This document shows, one piece after another, positions 29,361 to 32,000 of a DNA stretch of 32,000 nt. The translations under genes were made by a program, and so were the position numbers. Under the pieces are notes generated by a model. That model was given only the letters and a program-made list of their open reading frames with translations. It ran no database searches and had not been told where the DNA came from. Origin of the DNA: Aliivibrio fischeri ES114 (lineage in GTDB: Bacteria > Pseudomonadota > Gammaproteobacteria > Enterobacterales > Vibrionaceae); the NCBI RefSeq assembly GCF_000011805.1, contig NC_006840.2; one strand, written 5' to 3'. Each line of letters starts with the position of its first letter. Positions within the stretch are counted from its first letter, which is position 1.

Positions 29361-29420
29361 TTATATCGAAATTCTAATCGAACGATTAAGAATTAAAAAT
29401 CAAATCTTCAAAAATTGAGA

Positions 29421-30731
<1,311 letters not shown>

Positions 30732-30797
30732 TTACTTTTCTTTAATTTAAAAGCTAAAAATAGCCGCCCAACATTGGACAGCTACTCGTAAATCCTA

Positions 30798-32000
30798 TTA
30801 CTTTTCTAATTCACCGCGCACGCTTTCGCCTGCAGCTTTAACAAAACCTTCAAATAATGGGTGACCATCACGAGGTGTTGATGTGAATTCTGGGTGGAAT
30901 TGAGCTGCCACAAACCATGGGTGGTTAGGGATTTCAATAATTTCCACCAGCTTCTTATCAGCAGATAAACCAGAAACCTTAAGGCCTGCTTTTTCTAACT
31001 GAGGAAGTAAGTTGTTGTTTACTTCATAACGGTGACGGTGACGCTCTTCAACTGTTGCATTACCGTAAAGCTCACGAGCTTTTGAACCTTTAGCAAGATG
31101 ACATAGTTGAGAACCAAGACGCATTGTACCGCCAAGATCTGATTTCTCAGTACGCTCTTCAACATTACCTTCGCTGTCAATCCACTCAGTGATAAGACCA
31201 ACAACTGGGAATTTCGTGTCTTTAGAGAATTCAGAAGAGTGTGCCCCTTCCATATTAGCAACGTTACGCGCATATTCAATTAACGCAACTTGCATACCTA
31301 GACAGATTCCTAAATATGGTACTTTGTTTTCACGAGCGTATTGTGCTGCAAGGATCTTACCTTCAACACCGCGGTCACCGAAACCACCAGGAACTAGAAT
31401 TGCATCCAGACCTTCAAGGATTTCAGTACCTTTAGATTCTACATCTTGTGAATCTACATACTTAATAGTGACGCTTAAACGATTTTTCAAGCCCGCATGT
31501 TTTAATGCTTCGTTTACTGACTTATAAGCATCTGGTAATTCAATGTATTTACCAACCATACCGATAACAACATCACCAGTTGGGTTAGCTTCTTCATAAA
31601 TTACTTGTTCCCACTCAGAAAGATCAGCTTCAGGTGCTGTAATACCAAAGCGTTGACATACTAAGTCATCAGTACCTTGAGCTTTGATAAGTTGTGGGAT
31701 TTTGTAGATTGAATCTACGTCTTTCATTGAGATAACTGCTTTTTCTTGTACGTTACAGAAAAGAGCAATTTTCTTACGTTCGTTTGCTGGGATAACACGG
31801 TCAGAACGACAAACTAAGATATCAGGTTGGATACCGATAGATAGTAGTTCTTTAACTGAGTGTTGAGTTGGTTTCGTTTTCACTTCACCAGCAGCGGCTA
31901 GGTAAGGAACCAGTGTTAGGTGCATAAACATTGCACGCTCACGGCCTAGTTCTACTGCTAGTTGACGAATCGCTTCCATGAAAGGTAGAGATTCGATATC
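30798..32000 (-). CDS. pyrG: CTP synthase (5' end beyond window)
   Basis: Frame continues through 31980-32000 as [44 protein letters not shown]. Confidence 0.97.

Overview
The window looks like a Vibrionaceae (Aliivibrio-like) chromosomal segment and is mostly housekeeping. In order: glycogen debranching enzyme C-terminus (window edge), GH13 maltodextrin hydrolase, LysR regulator, a 208-aa MgtE-domain Mg2+ transporter (-), a lipase plus coupled secreted partner, tri-heme peroxidase yhjA (-), pdxY (-), cadA-cadB (-), a Na+/alanine symporter (+), cadC-like ToxR-family regulator (-), two small YeeE/YedE-family proteins (-), metA (+), a Dcu-family C4-dicarboxylate transporter (+), a NupC-type nucleoside transporter (-), a small membrane protein (+), and the conserved cluster rpoS-nlpD-pcm-surE-truD-ispF-ispD-ftsB-eno-pyrG (-). 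I see no mobile element, CRISPR array, tRNA or rRNA. The best novelty candidates are two 5' leaders. (1) The leader of the stand-alone MgtE gene has an 18-codon uORF containing Pro-Pro and Trp-Trp. It is followed by two mutually exclusive hairpins, one of which sequesters the mgtE Shine-Dalgarno. (2) The nupC leader has a CRP box, a compact GC-richer structured element closed by a 7-bp stem, and a 37-codon uORF with a strong SD ending 8 nt before nupC. Separately, three genes between 18.0 and 20.9 kb (yeeE-like, metA, dcu-like) each appear disrupted by a single extra base. That is either sequence error, genuine decay, or homopolymer phase variation/slippage. All structures were folded by eye, without energy calculation or database search.
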